Notes under the pieces: generated by a model
The model's input: the letters and a program-made list of their open reading frames with translations, nothing else
The model's database searches: none
Told to the model about the DNA's origin: nothing
Shown here: positions 8,955 through 17,606 of the stretch, piece by piece
Layout of the letters: each line of letters opens with the position of its first letter
Numbering within the stretch: position 1 is the first letter of the stretch
NCBI GenBank assembly: GCA_016715645.1
Contig: JADJZR010000008.1
Coordinates: 48,241-112,240 of the forward strand
Direction: 5' to 3'
Origin: Elusimicrobiota bacterium
GTDB lineage: Bacteria; Elusimicrobiota; Elusimicrobia; FEN-1173
Length of the DNA stretch: 64,000 nt
Position numbers and translations under genes: made by a program

Positions 8955-9880
8955 GAAATGCTTTCGCAAGTGAAATAACGGCGCTCGCTAAAAAGGACGA
9001 GCGGGTCGTCCTGGTGTCCGGCGATATCGGGAACCGGTTGTTTGACGAGTTCAAAATCGCAGCGCCCGGCCGGTTCGTCAACGCCGGCGCCGCCGAAGGA
9101 AACATGATCGGTTTGGCGGCCGGGATGGCTTTAAGCGGACTGCGCCCGGTCGTCTACACCATAAACTCATTTCTTACAACGCGCTGCTATGAGCAGATTC
9201 GCGTCGATCTATGCTACCACAACCTACCCGTGGTCCTAGCGGGAGTGGGCGCTGGACTGAGTTACGCGTCCTTGGGGGCCACCCACCATTCTCTGGAAGA
9301 CGTGGCGGCTCTTCGGGTCCTCCCCCGCATGGCGGTGGTTTGTCCAGGCGATCCGTTGGAGGTCCGTCTGGCGTTGCGCGCGGCTCTCCAACAGGAGGGC
9401 CCCGTCTTCATTCGAATGGGCAAAAAAGGGGAACCTCCGGTCCATGTCGAGCCACCCCCTTTTGCCATCGGCCGTGCCATTGTCGTCAAACCGGGAAACA
9501 GAATCTGCTTGCTTGGCAACGGGCACATCCTTTCAATGGTCATGAAAGCGGCCGACATTTTAGAGCAAAAGGGCGTCTCAACCCAAGTTGTCAGTTTTCA
9601 CACCGTAAAACCATTGGACAAAGAATTCCTTCAAGACGCATTCAAGCGGTTTCAGTTGGTGGCGACGGTGGAGGATCACGGCGTCCTGGGGGGCTTGGGG
9701 GGAAGCGTGGCGGAATGGTTGGCGGATCACCCTTCCCCGGCTCGCCTATGCCGGATCGGTACCCCCGACGAATTTTTGATGGAGACCATCGACAACGAAT
9801 CCGCTCGGCATCGGTGTGGCCTCACCCCCGACTCTGTGGCGGCCAAGGCGCTCGCGGCCCTGGCCCCCGAAACGGTTTAA
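8951..9880 (+). CDS. Transketolase, C-terminal (pyrimidine-binding) subunit
   Basis: GTG at 8951 overlaps the upstream stop (GTGA). VRNAFASEITALAKKDERVVLVSGDIG... is a typical split-transketolase C-subunit. Confidence 0.75.
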   Translation: MRNAFASEITALAKKDERVVLVSGDIGNRLFDEFKIAAPGRFVNAGAAEGNMIGLAAGMALSGLRPVVYTINSFLTTRCYEQIRVDLCYHNLPVVLAGVGAGLSYASLGATHHSLEDVAALRVLPRMAVVCPGDPLEVRLALRAALQQEGPVFIRMGKKGEPPVHVEPPPFAIGRAIVVKPGNRICLLGNGHILSMVMKAADILEQKGVSTQVVSFHTVKPLDKEFLQDAFKRFQLVATVEDHGVLGGLGGSVAEWLADHPSPARLCRIGTPDEFLMETIDNESARHRCGLTPDSVAAKALAALAPETV

Positions 9881-10486
9881 ATGCGCGTGGGAATAGATTT
9901 CGACAACACGCTGGTTTGTTGCGCACCCCTCTTTCATCGGGTTGCCCTGGAGCGGGGTCTTGTACCTCCCCATCTGCCCGCCACAAAGGACGCGGTGCGA
10001 AATTACTTGATGGATCTAGGGCGCGAAACAGATTGGACGGAACTACAGGGAACCGTCTACGGTCCACGTCTTTGTGAAGCGCTTCCTTTCCCAGGGGCAA
10101 GGGAGTTTGTGGTTCTGTGTCGCCAAAAAAATATCCCTGTGGGTGTGGTCAGCCATAAGACGCGCCACGCCTTGTGTGGTCCGGCCCACAACCTTCACGA
10201 TGCGGGGTATCGTTGGCTGGAGAGCGCTGGTTTTTTTGACCAGGATGTTATATCACGGGACCAGGTTTTTTTCGAGCCATCGCGAGCGGCCAAATTGAAC
10301 CGAATCCGCGCTTTGGGCTGTTCGCATTTTATTGACGATTTGAGAGAGGTCTTTTCTGAGCCACGCTTTCCCGTTGAAGTAAAAAAGTGGCTATTCGATC
10401 CGGATTCTTCCCAAAAGGGATCGAAGGACACCCGTTCTTTTTCGACCTGGGTCCAGCTTTCTGGGGCTCTCGAAGAAGACTTTTAG
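9881..10486 (+). CDS. HAD-superfamily phosphatase (possible heptose-bisphosphate phosphatase analogue)
   Basis: N-terminal GIDFDNTLV (DxDxT/V HAD motif I). Its start abuts the transketolase stop. Confidence 0.55.
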   Translation: MRVGIDFDNTLVCCAPLFHRVALERGLVPPHLPATKDAVRNYLMDLGRETDWTELQGTVYGPRLCEALPFPGAREFVVLCRQKNIPVGVVSHKTRHALCGPAHNLHDAGYRWLESAGFFDQDVISRDQVFFEPSRAAKLNRIRALGCSHFIDDLREVFSEPRFPVEVKKWLFDPDSSQKGSKDTRSFSTWVQLSGALEEDF

Positions 10487-10487
10487 A

Positions 10488-11534
10488 ATGACGCCCGGTG
10501 AAGTCGCTTCAGCCGTCTCCCGGGCCACGGGCGAGCGTCCCAAAGAGGTCGTTCTTTTAAAAGGCGTCGGGAACAATGTGGTGGCAAAGGTGAACATGGC
10601 CGCTGGTACTCGGGTCGCAAAAATCTATTTTCGTCACCCGGCCGACCCCCGGGATCGTTTGGGAACCGAATATGACATGTTGACGTTTTTGTGGGAGGCC
10701 GGGGTTCGCCGGGTTCCCCAGCCCTATGGGATGTTTCGCGACGACTCTTTGGGGCTTTATGAGTTCATTGATGGAGTTCCGTTGGCTCCCGGCGGCGTCA
10801 CATGGAAAGAGGTAGAACAGCTCATATCGTTTTTGGGGGAAATGTATAATTGCAAGGGTCGTCCAGGAGCGCAGAGACTGCCGACCGCTTCGGAGTATGC
10901 CCCTTCGTTGGCGGATTACCGGGAAAACGTTTCCCGACGATTTCAGCGTTTGCGACAAGGGATCGACCCAAAAATGGAGCCGACAGCAGCCGATTTCGTG
11001 AACGGCCCGCTCTTCCGGGCCCATGAAGACCTGGCCCGTTTTCTGGCGAATTGGTCGAAAGTGGGGATGAATCTTGACGACGTGTTGGATCCAGCCCAGC
11101 GAACGTTAAGTCCGGCTGATCACGGGTTTCAGAACACGCTGGCGCGAAACGGACAGTTGGTGTTTCTGGATTTTGAATACGCGGGGTGGGACGATCCAGC
11201 CCAGGTGATTGCCAACGCCTGCCTGCACCCGGCGGTGCCCATGCCGACGGCTTTTGTTCCTCGATTTGTCGAGGACCTGTCGGAACGGCTGAGGGGAGGG
11301 CTCGCGTTTCGAAGACGTTTACGGTGTCTTTACCCCCTGCTGGCGTTCAAATGGAGTCTCATCATGCTGAACGAGTTTCTTCCCGTAGACCGTGACCGAC
11401 GTGCGTTTACGGGGGCGGATGTGGAGTTGAAAAAAGGAATCCAGTTAAAAAAGTCAATTCTTCAACTGGATAAGGTCAAAGAAGCTCTGGCCGACGATTT
11501 TTTTCTCAAGGAGATGGTTCATGGAACAAATTGA
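10488..11534 (+). CDS. Aminoglycoside-phosphotransferase-fold (APH/ChoK-like) kinase, likely a sugar kinase
   Basis: HGFQNTLARNGQLVFLDFEYAGWDD matches the Brenner HxDhxxxN...D motif of the APH family. Confidence 0.6.
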   Translation: MTPGEVASAVSRATGERPKEVVLLKGVGNNVVAKVNMAAGTRVAKIYFRHPADPRDRLGTEYDMLTFLWEAGVRRVPQPYGMFRDDSLGLYEFIDGVPLAPGGVTWKEVEQLISFLGEMYNCKGRPGAQRLPTASEYAPSLADYRENVSRRFQRLRQGIDPKMEPTAADFVNGPLFRAHEDLARFLANWSKVGMNLDDVLDPAQRTLSPADHGFQNTLARNGQLVFLDFEYAGWDDPAQVIANACLHPAVPMPTAFVPRFVEDLSERLRGGLAFRRRLRCLYPLLAFKWSLIMLNEFLPVDRDRRAFTGADVELKKGIQLKKSILQLDKVKEALADDFFLKEMVHGTN

Positions 11535-12183
11535 TTTTATTCAAGCGCTCAATAAATCGACCAAACGCGACTACGTGGGCCGAGTGACGGAGTTCCCGAA
11601 GCCAGAGGCGGCGAAAATCGCCAAGCAATACGGAAAAGACTATTGGGATGGGGACAGAAAGTTCGGTTATGGGGGATACAAATACGATGGTCGATGGCTC
11701 CCGCTGGCCCAAACCATCGCCAAACACTATGGGATAAAAGCAGGCGACAAAATTCTTGATGTGGGGTGTGGCAAAGGATTTTTGCTTTACGAGTTCACCC
11801 GAGCGGTTCCTGGCGTGCAGGTCGCGGGCATCGATATTTCCACTTACGCCATTGAAAACGCCAAGGAGGAGGTTAAGCCGTTCCTGAAAGTGGGGAACGC
11901 CGTCAAACTCCCCTTCGCAGACAAAACCTTCGATTTTGTCTATTCCAACACGACATTCCACAATCTCCATAACTACGAACTTTTTGATGCGGTAAAGGAA
12001 GTCGAGCGCGTAGGGAAAAAAAACAAATACCTTTGCGTCGAATCCTACCGGAACGACGAAGAAAAAGCCAACTTACTGTATTGGCAACTCACCTGCGCCA
12101 GTTTCTATACCCCCCACGAGTGGGCGTGGTTCTATAAACTGTGCGGATACACAGGGGATTATGGTTTCATATACTTTGAGTAA
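11521..12183 (+). CDS. Class I SAM-dependent methyltransferase
   Basis: ILDVGCGKGFLLYEF (motif I), followed by a Methyltransf_11-like core. Confidence 0.65.
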   Translation: MEQIDFIQALNKSTKRDYVGRVTEFPKPEAAKIAKQYGKDYWDGDRKFGYGGYKYDGRWLPLAQTIAKHYGIKAGDKILDVGCGKGFLLYEFTRAVPGVQVAGIDISTYAIENAKEEVKPFLKVGNAVKLPFADKTFDFVYSNTTFHNLHNYELFDAVKEVERVGKKNKYLCVESYRNDEEKANLLYWQLTCASFYTPHEWAWFYKLCGYTGDYGFIYFE

Positions 12184-12186
12184 CCT

Positions 12187-12261
12187 ATGAAATTCAACGT
12201 CGCCGTCCTTGTCGAGAGCAGGGAGCCTAATGTCATCAAAGATTTTGAGAAACCACGATGA
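12187..12261 (+). pseudogene. 24-codon remnant of an MDR alcohol-dehydrogenase N-terminus (MKFNVAVLVESREPNVIKDFEKPR*)
   Basis: Close match to the N-terminus of the intact dehydrogenase at 13843 (MKFKAAVLVESRNPLVIEELE). It is terminated by TGA, which overlaps the ATG of the next gene. Confidence 0.5.
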
Positions 12262-13712
12262 AGGTCAAACGCGCTCTAAAACGAAATGTTTCCTCCCCTC
12301 CGTCGCTTTTAGAAAATCTGCAGGCTTGGGTGCGTTTAGGGGAGTCTGAAATTTTGGAGTTTAAACGCACGACAAATGAACGGAGAGAGGCTGTTCGCTC
12401 GCTTTGCGCAATGATCAACCATCGAGGGGGACGTGTGTTGTTCGGAGTTTCCTCTGCCGGAGAGATCCTCGGGCAGCAGGTCAGTGATCGCACCATTGAA
12501 GAATTGGCGCAAGAAATCAAGGAGATCGACCCCCCTGTTTTTCCATCCATCGAACGCATTGTCGTTTCCCGGGAGCGGGAAGCAATCGCCGTAACCGTTT
12601 TACCCGGGCCGTCAGGTCCCTACACCTACAAAGGGCGCGCCTATCGGCGCGTGGGGAACGCGAGTCTCGCGATGTCGAAGGATGAATGCAATCGTATTTT
12701 ACTCGAACGATTGCATGGCCAGAGCCGCTGGGAAAATCAGTTGTTGGAAGAATGGTCCGTCAAAGATTTGGACATTGGCGAAATCACGCGGACCATTGAC
12801 GAGTCCGTGCGCCGCGGTCGATCTGAGGATCCAGGCACGCGAGACCCCGAGATTATTCTTCGCGGGCTTGGCCTCATGAAAGGGAAGCGTCTTTTTCGAG
12901 CCGCCGCCGTTTTATTTGGCCGTCGCGACCTCCTCGCAGCGGAGTATCCCCAATGCCTCCTTCGGGTCGCTCGGTTTCGCGGGTCAGACAAGACAGTTTT
13001 CGTTGATAACCGTCAGTTTCAAGGCAACGTGTTTGACTTATTGTCCCATGCGGAGAGATTCCTGCGCGATAATTTGCCCGTCGCGGGGCGCGTGCTCCCA
13101 GGCCTTTTTGAACGAGTGGATGATCCTCTGTACCCTTCTCTTGCCTTGCGTGAATCTCTGGCCAACGCTTTTTGCCATCGGGATTACAGCATGGGGGGCG
13201 GCTCGGTTTCGCTCGCTGTTTATGACGACCGATTGGAGATCACGTCTTCAGGCCCTCTGCATTTTGGGCTCACAGAGGAAATGCTGTTCCTTCCACACGA
13301 ATCCCTTCCCTGGAATCCCCTGATCGCAAGGACCTTCTATCGGCGGGGCATCATTGAATCCTGGGGACGCGGCACTTTGAAAATGGCCGAGTTAATGCAC
13401 GCCGCCGGTCTTCCCCACCCGGAAATTGTTGAGGCCAGTGGATGCGTTATCGTTCGATTCCGACCGAAAGAGAGCCTCCCTCTTCATGCATCGGGGGACT
13501 TAAATGCGCAACAAAAAAATATAATCGCCCTCATCGTGGCCACCCCCATCGGGCTTTCGTTGCGTGACATTCGGAAAGGGATCCCATCCTCTCCGCCTGT
13601 GTGGAAACTGAAAAGGGAACTGGAGACGTTGAAAAATCTAGGCAAACTCGCGACGCGCGGGCGTGGCCTCGGCGCTCGCTGGCTCCTCCGAAAGGAGCCG
13701 AACGCCCCATGA
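12258..13712 (+). CDS. Schlafen/AlbA_2 + HATPase_c_4 + wHTH protein (COG2865), paralog of the gene at 1..1248
   Basis: ESEILEFKR (AlbA_2); ALRESLANAFCHRDYSMGGGSVSLAVYDDRLEITSSGPL (HATPase_c_4); C-terminal wHTH-like region. Confidence 0.7.
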   Translation: MKVKRALKRNVSSPPSLLENLQAWVRLGESEILEFKRTTNERREAVRSLCAMINHRGGRVLFGVSSAGEILGQQVSDRTIEELAQEIKEIDPPVFPSIERIVVSREREAIAVTVLPGPSGPYTYKGRAYRRVGNASLAMSKDECNRILLERLHGQSRWENQLLEEWSVKDLDIGEITRTIDESVRRGRSEDPGTRDPEIILRGLGLMKGKRLFRAAAVLFGRRDLLAAEYPQCLLRVARFRGSDKTVFVDNRQFQGNVFDLLSHAERFLRDNLPVAGRVLPGLFERVDDPLYPSLALRESLANAFCHRDYSMGGGSVSLAVYDDRLEITSSGPLHFGLTEEMLFLPHESLPWNPLIARTFYRRGIIESWGRGTLKMAELMHAAGLPHPEIVEASGCVIVRFRPKESLPLHASGDLNAQQKNIIALIVATPIGLSLRDIRKGIPSSPPVWKLKRELETLKNLGKLATRGRGLGARWLLRKEPNAP

Positions 13713-13715
13713 GCA

Positions 13716-13762
13716 CCAATGGCGCTCCAATGCGCTCCAATGGCGCTCCAATGCGCTCCAAT
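13716..13762 (+). repeat. Tandem repeat, roughly 21-nt unit (ggcgctccaatgcgctccaat) x2, with 10/11-nt sub-periodicity
   Basis: Read directly: ccaatggcgctccaatgcgctccaatggcgctccaatgcgctccaat, immediately 3' of the COG2865 paralog. Confidence 0.85.
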
Positions 13763-13842
13763 AACTTCAGGGGAGCACATCGGACGAAAGTTCCTGACCA
13801 CTTTCAATCCCTCGGTTTTAACTCCAATTATTTCATCCACCC

Positions 13843-14889
13843 ATGAAATTTAAAGCCGCCGTCCTCGTCGAAAGCCGCAACCCCCTCGTCATCGAGGAGC
13901 TCGAAGTCCCGGTCCTAAAATATGGCCAGGTCCTCGTGAAAATTATTTGCAGTGGCATCTGCGGAGCCCAAATCAACGAAATCGATGCCGTGAAAGGTCC
14001 GGACAAATTTCTCCCCCACCTGTTGGGCCATGAAGCGACAGCGGAAGTTGTGGACTGCGGCGAAGGCGTGACCACGGTAAAACCGGGCCAGCGGGTGGTC
14101 TGTCACTGGCGCAAAGGCGCGGGCCTCCAATCCCCCACACCCCAATACAAATCAAAGTTGGGCCTTGTGAATGCCGGTTGGGTGACCACGTTTAGCGAAT
14201 ACTCGGTGGTTTCTGAAAATAGACTAACACCAGTTTCCAGGGATTTGGACCCAGAAATTGGCGCTCTCATGGGGTGCGCCATCACCACAGCCATGGGCGT
14301 CATCAACAACGATGCCCGTTTGGGCATTGGAGAATCGATTGTTGTATTTGGAGCAGGCGGCGTAGGCCTGAGCATAATTCAATTTGCCGCCCTGGTGGGG
14401 GGCTATCCCATCGTTGCGATTGACCTGCATGAAAATAAACTCGAATTGGCAAAGAGTCTCGGCGCAACCCACACGTTCAAAGCCGGGGCCATTGACCTGG
14501 ACGAGGAAATCCGCAATATTGTCGGCACCGCTGGGGCAGACGTGGCCATCGAAAACACTGGGAACGCCGACGTTATTGAGATGGCCTACGCCCTGACAAA
14601 TGGGAAAGGAGGCCGCACGATTTTGGTGGGCGTCCCCCCTGTGACGGCCCGCCGCCCCAGCATCTACACCCTCCCTCTCCATTTCGACAAGGTACTCAAA
14701 GGAAGCGAAGGCGGTCATTGTCGACCCGAATCCGACATCCCGAAACTCCTGAAGCTTTGCCAAGTGGGTCGAGTTCGTTTCAATGGGCTGGTGGGGGTGC
14801 GATATCCGTTGGGTCGAGTCAATGACGCCTTGTTAGATCTTCGTTCTGGGCGTATTCCGGGCCGGTGCCTTCTTATGATGGGGCAGTGA
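13843..14889 (+). CDS. Zinc-dependent medium-chain dehydrogenase/reductase (alcohol/sugar dehydrogenase)
   Basis: GICGAQINE... and GHEATAEVVDCGEGV (Zn ligands); FGAGGVGLS Rossmann motif. Confidence 0.75.
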   Translation: MKFKAAVLVESRNPLVIEELEVPVLKYGQVLVKIICSGICGAQINEIDAVKGPDKFLPHLLGHEATAEVVDCGEGVTTVKPGQRVVCHWRKGAGLQSPTPQYKSKLGLVNAGWVTTFSEYSVVSENRLTPVSRDLDPEIGALMGCAITTAMGVINNDARLGIGESIVVFGAGGVGLSIIQFAALVGGYPIVAIDLHENKLELAKSLGATHTFKAGAIDLDEEIRNIVGTAGADVAIENTGNADVIEMAYALTNGKGGRTILVGVPPVTARRPSIYTLPLHFDKVLKGSEGGHCRPESDIPKLLKLCQVGRVRFNGLVGVRYPLGRVNDALLDLRSGRIPGRCLLMMGQ

Positions 14890-14924
14890 CGTGATTCAAT
14901 TTTTTTAAAAAGCGAATATTACCA

Positions 14925-16154
14925 ATGACCTCTTCCATTTGTCGGAGTTGTGGAACCGATGGGGTGACAGCGTTAATCGATTTTGGACCCCAACCACTCT
15001 GCAATAGGTTCCTCCCTTCTTCTCGCGGAGAGGAATACACTCATCTTCTGAAATTGGGATTTTGCCGACGATGCGGAGTGATTGAGCAAATGGTTCCAGC
15101 GCCGAATGATCAAATCAGACCCCGTTACGATTGGATAACCTACAGCGAACCGGAAGGCCACTTAGATGAATTGGTGGGAGAACTCACTCAACTTGCTGAC
15201 CTCGGTCCAGACTCCATGATCTGTGGGATAACTTTCAAGGACGATTCCACCCTAGCGAGATTTCGAAACAAAGGGTTCTCTCGCACCCGGCGGTTGGACC
15301 TTAAGGAAGACTTAGAGATCACTGACCCGGGGGCCGGTTTAGAGACCATCCAAGATCGATTGACTGTTGAGCGGGCGCGGAAATGGGCCCAACGATGGGG
15401 GAAGTGTCATCTCCTCGTGGTGCGGCATATTCTGGAGCACGCCCATGACCTTCCCCATTTCATGGATGCGCTGAGGGAGCTCGTTTCTCCGAAGGGCTAT
15501 GTCGTGTTTGAAATTCCCGATTGTGCGCGGGCCCTGGAAAAATTCGATTTCAGTTCCATTTGGGAGGAACATGTGTTTTATTTTACAGAGCCAACATATA
15601 AGCGAGCGTTGGCCCACCAGGGATTTTTCGTGGAGCAATTTAAAGTGATCCCCTATTCTTTGGAAAACTCTCTTGTGGCTATCGGTCAGTTCCATGATAG
15701 AAAATCCGTTACGAGTGACGATGTTCTTCCGTACGAAATGGAACAGGCGATGGCATTCGCCGGGGGTTTTGAAATAAAAAAGACCGAATGGCGGAAATTT
15801 CTCGCAGAGGCTCGGCGTCAAACACGCCCGATCGCGATGTTTGGCGCTGGGCACTCAAGTTGCGCTTTCATTAACCTTTTGGGTTTAAGCGATTTAATCG
15901 ATTTTTTTGTTGATGACAATCCCCACAAAAAAGGCCTTCTTATGCCCGGAAGTCGCTTGCCCATTTCTCCCTCCTCCTCGTTGATAGAAAAGGCTGTCAA
16001 ATTCTGTTTACTAAGCGTTAGCCCGGAAAATGAACCAAAGGTCATGGAAAAGAATCAATCGTATTTGAAGGCGGGGGGTCGATTCGTCTCAATTTTTCCG
16101 GACAGTCCCTATTCGTTTCAGAGGACGAAAACCCATGCGAACACGGCCATTTAA
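14925..16154 (+). CDS. NDP-hexose C-methyltransferase (TylC3 family: N-terminal Zn-ribbon + SAM methyltransferase + C-MT C-domain)
   Basis: CRSCGTDGVTALIDFGPQPLCNRF Zn-finger N-terminus, about 410 aa, central class-I methyltransferase core. Confidence 0.6.
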   Translation: MTSSICRSCGTDGVTALIDFGPQPLCNRFLPSSRGEEYTHLLKLGFCRRCGVIEQMVPAPNDQIRPRYDWITYSEPEGHLDELVGELTQLADLGPDSMICGITFKDDSTLARFRNKGFSRTRRLDLKEDLEITDPGAGLETIQDRLTVERARKWAQRWGKCHLLVVRHILEHAHDLPHFMDALRELVSPKGYVVFEIPDCARALEKFDFSSIWEEHVFYFTEPTYKRALAHQGFFVEQFKVIPYSLENSLVAIGQFHDRKSVTSDDVLPYEMEQAMAFAGGFEIKKTEWRKFLAEARRQTRPIAMFGAGHSSCAFINLLGLSDLIDFFVDDNPHKKGLLMPGSRLPISPSSSLIEKAVKFCLLSVSPENEPKVMEKNQSYLKAGGRFVSIFPDSPYSFQRTKTHANTAI

Positions 16155-16680
16155 TCAAGAAGTCTTGTATGCCGAGGACACGGTTGTGCGAGTCTCGACA
16201 GCGGATGTCCGGTCTTTGGCGAAACGGGCCCTGGGGGCTCCGCGCGGTCGAATTCGTTTGTGCGCCCATCCAAAAATAGAAGATCCTTTCCATGAAATGT
16301 TTATTGTCCATACGCGAAACGTTTATGTGCGTCCACACAAACATCTCGGGAAATCAGAATCTCTTCATGTGATTGCGGGAAAGGCTGATGTGGTCTTGTT
16401 CAGCGAATCTGGTTTGGTGGAGGACGTTTTTTCTCTTTCTCCCTATGGGGCTCGTTCAATCTTTTATTATCGAATTCCTGAAAATTTTTATCATGCGTTG
16501 ATCATTCGCTCCCATCGATTTGTTTTTCACGAGGCCACACCGGGACCGTTTGACCGTTCTAAAACGATTTTTGCGCCCTGGGCGCCGGAGCCGGGTAAAT
16601 CGCGCGATGTCTCCGATTGTTTGAAGTGGTTGAAAACCCGATCTGTTTGCCCCACCGGGTTGCGGGGTGGGGTTTTATGA
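16135..16680 (+). CDS. WbuC-family cupin-fold protein
   Basis: RIRLCAHPKIEDPFHEMFIVHTRNVYVRPHKH, typical of WbuC proteins found in O-antigen loci. Confidence 0.6.
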   Translation: MRTRPFNQEVLYAEDTVVRVSTADVRSLAKRALGAPRGRIRLCAHPKIEDPFHEMFIVHTRNVYVRPHKHLGKSESLHVIAGKADVVLFSESGLVEDVFSLSPYGARSIFYYRIPENFYHALIIRSHRFVFHEATPGPFDRSKTIFAPWAPEPGKSRDVSDCLKWLKTRSVCPTGLRGGVL

Positions 16681-17606
16681 AATATATAGTCTTTGGAGCT
16701 TCTGGTTTTCTTGGGCGACATTTTGTTCAACAAGCCCGTCAACACGGGCACGAAGTCCTTGGTACATATCACCTCCAAAAACGAGAAGGCCTGCTTCCCT
16801 TCAACTTAAAAAATAACCGGCTGAGCGAAATCGTGCCGGCGGATTTTTTTTCTTCTGGCCCTGTCTGTGCCGTTCTTTGTTCGTTCATTAGTCAGATCGA
16901 CGATTGTTTTCGCTGGAAAGACGAAGCGCGATTGTCCAATGTGGACGGGATGATCCGCTTGATCAATGATCTTTGCGAAAAAGACGCCTTTCCGGTCTTC
17001 CTCTCCACTTGTGCGGTGTTTGATGGAACTGCCGGTTACTATTCTGAGGAATCCCCGACAGGGCCCATCAACGAATACGGGCGGCAAAAACTCGCGGTCG
17101 AAGAATTTCTACGCGCACACGGGATGGCTTCCTCTATTCTTCGCTGCGACAAATTGATTGGCGACGATGCGGGAGAGTCCCATATGCTGTCCGAATGGTA
17201 TCGGTGGGCCAATGAGGGGCGACCTCTGGTCTGTATACAAGGGCAGATGATTTCGCCAACGCTGGTTACGGACGTGGCCCGGGCCATTGTAGTGGTTTGT
17301 GAAAAACGGCTAACGGGCGTTTTTCACGTCGCAAATCCACAACACTGCCTCAGAGAAGAGCTGGCCTTGGAATTTTTGAAAGCGCTCAATTTGCGGGGAA
17401 CAGTGGTGGGGAAAACTCAACAAGAATTGGGATTCGCGGATTTACGCCCGTTAAAGGCCCATCTGAACCCCTTAAAATTTATCAAGGCCACGGGTTTCCA
17501 ATTTACCCCCGTTCAGCGGATTTTTGAGGTATTCGCTCAATCAGCCAAGTGCCCGCCTAAACAAGTGAGTGGGCACGGCACCGTGAACGTTCTGCCGGGA
17601 AAATGA
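16677..17606 (+). CDS. dTDP-4-dehydrorhamnose reductase (RmlD)-like SDR
   Basis: ATG at 16677 (MKYIVFGASGFLGRHF). RmlD-like length and motifs. Confidence 0.55.
   Translation: MKYIVFGASGFLGRHFVQQARQHGHEVLGTYHLQKREGLLPFNLKNNRLSEIVPADFFSSGPVCAVLCSFISQIDDCFRWKDEARLSNVDGMIRLINDLCEKDAFPVFLSTCAVFDGTAGYYSEESPTGPINEYGRQKLAVEEFLRAHGMASSILRCDKLIGDDAGESHMLSEWYRWANEGRPLVCIQGQMISPTLVTDVARAIVVVCEKRLTGVFHVANPQHCLREELALEFLKALNLRGTVVGKTQQELGFADLRPLKAHLNPLKFIKATGFQFTPVQRIFEVFAQSAKCPPKQVSGHGTVNVLPGK

Noticed and set aside
9211-10077. 288-aa Gly/Arg/Pro-rich + strand ORF in an alternative frame across the transketolase C-subunit and HAD genes
   Set aside because: Low-complexity composition and full overlap with two well-supported genes point to a frame artefact.
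13716-13762. Short tandem repeats (1024-1059, 13716-13762) considered as a possible CRISPR or mini-array
   Set aside because: There are only 2-3 units with no spacers, and the first lies inside a coding sequence. Not CRISPR.
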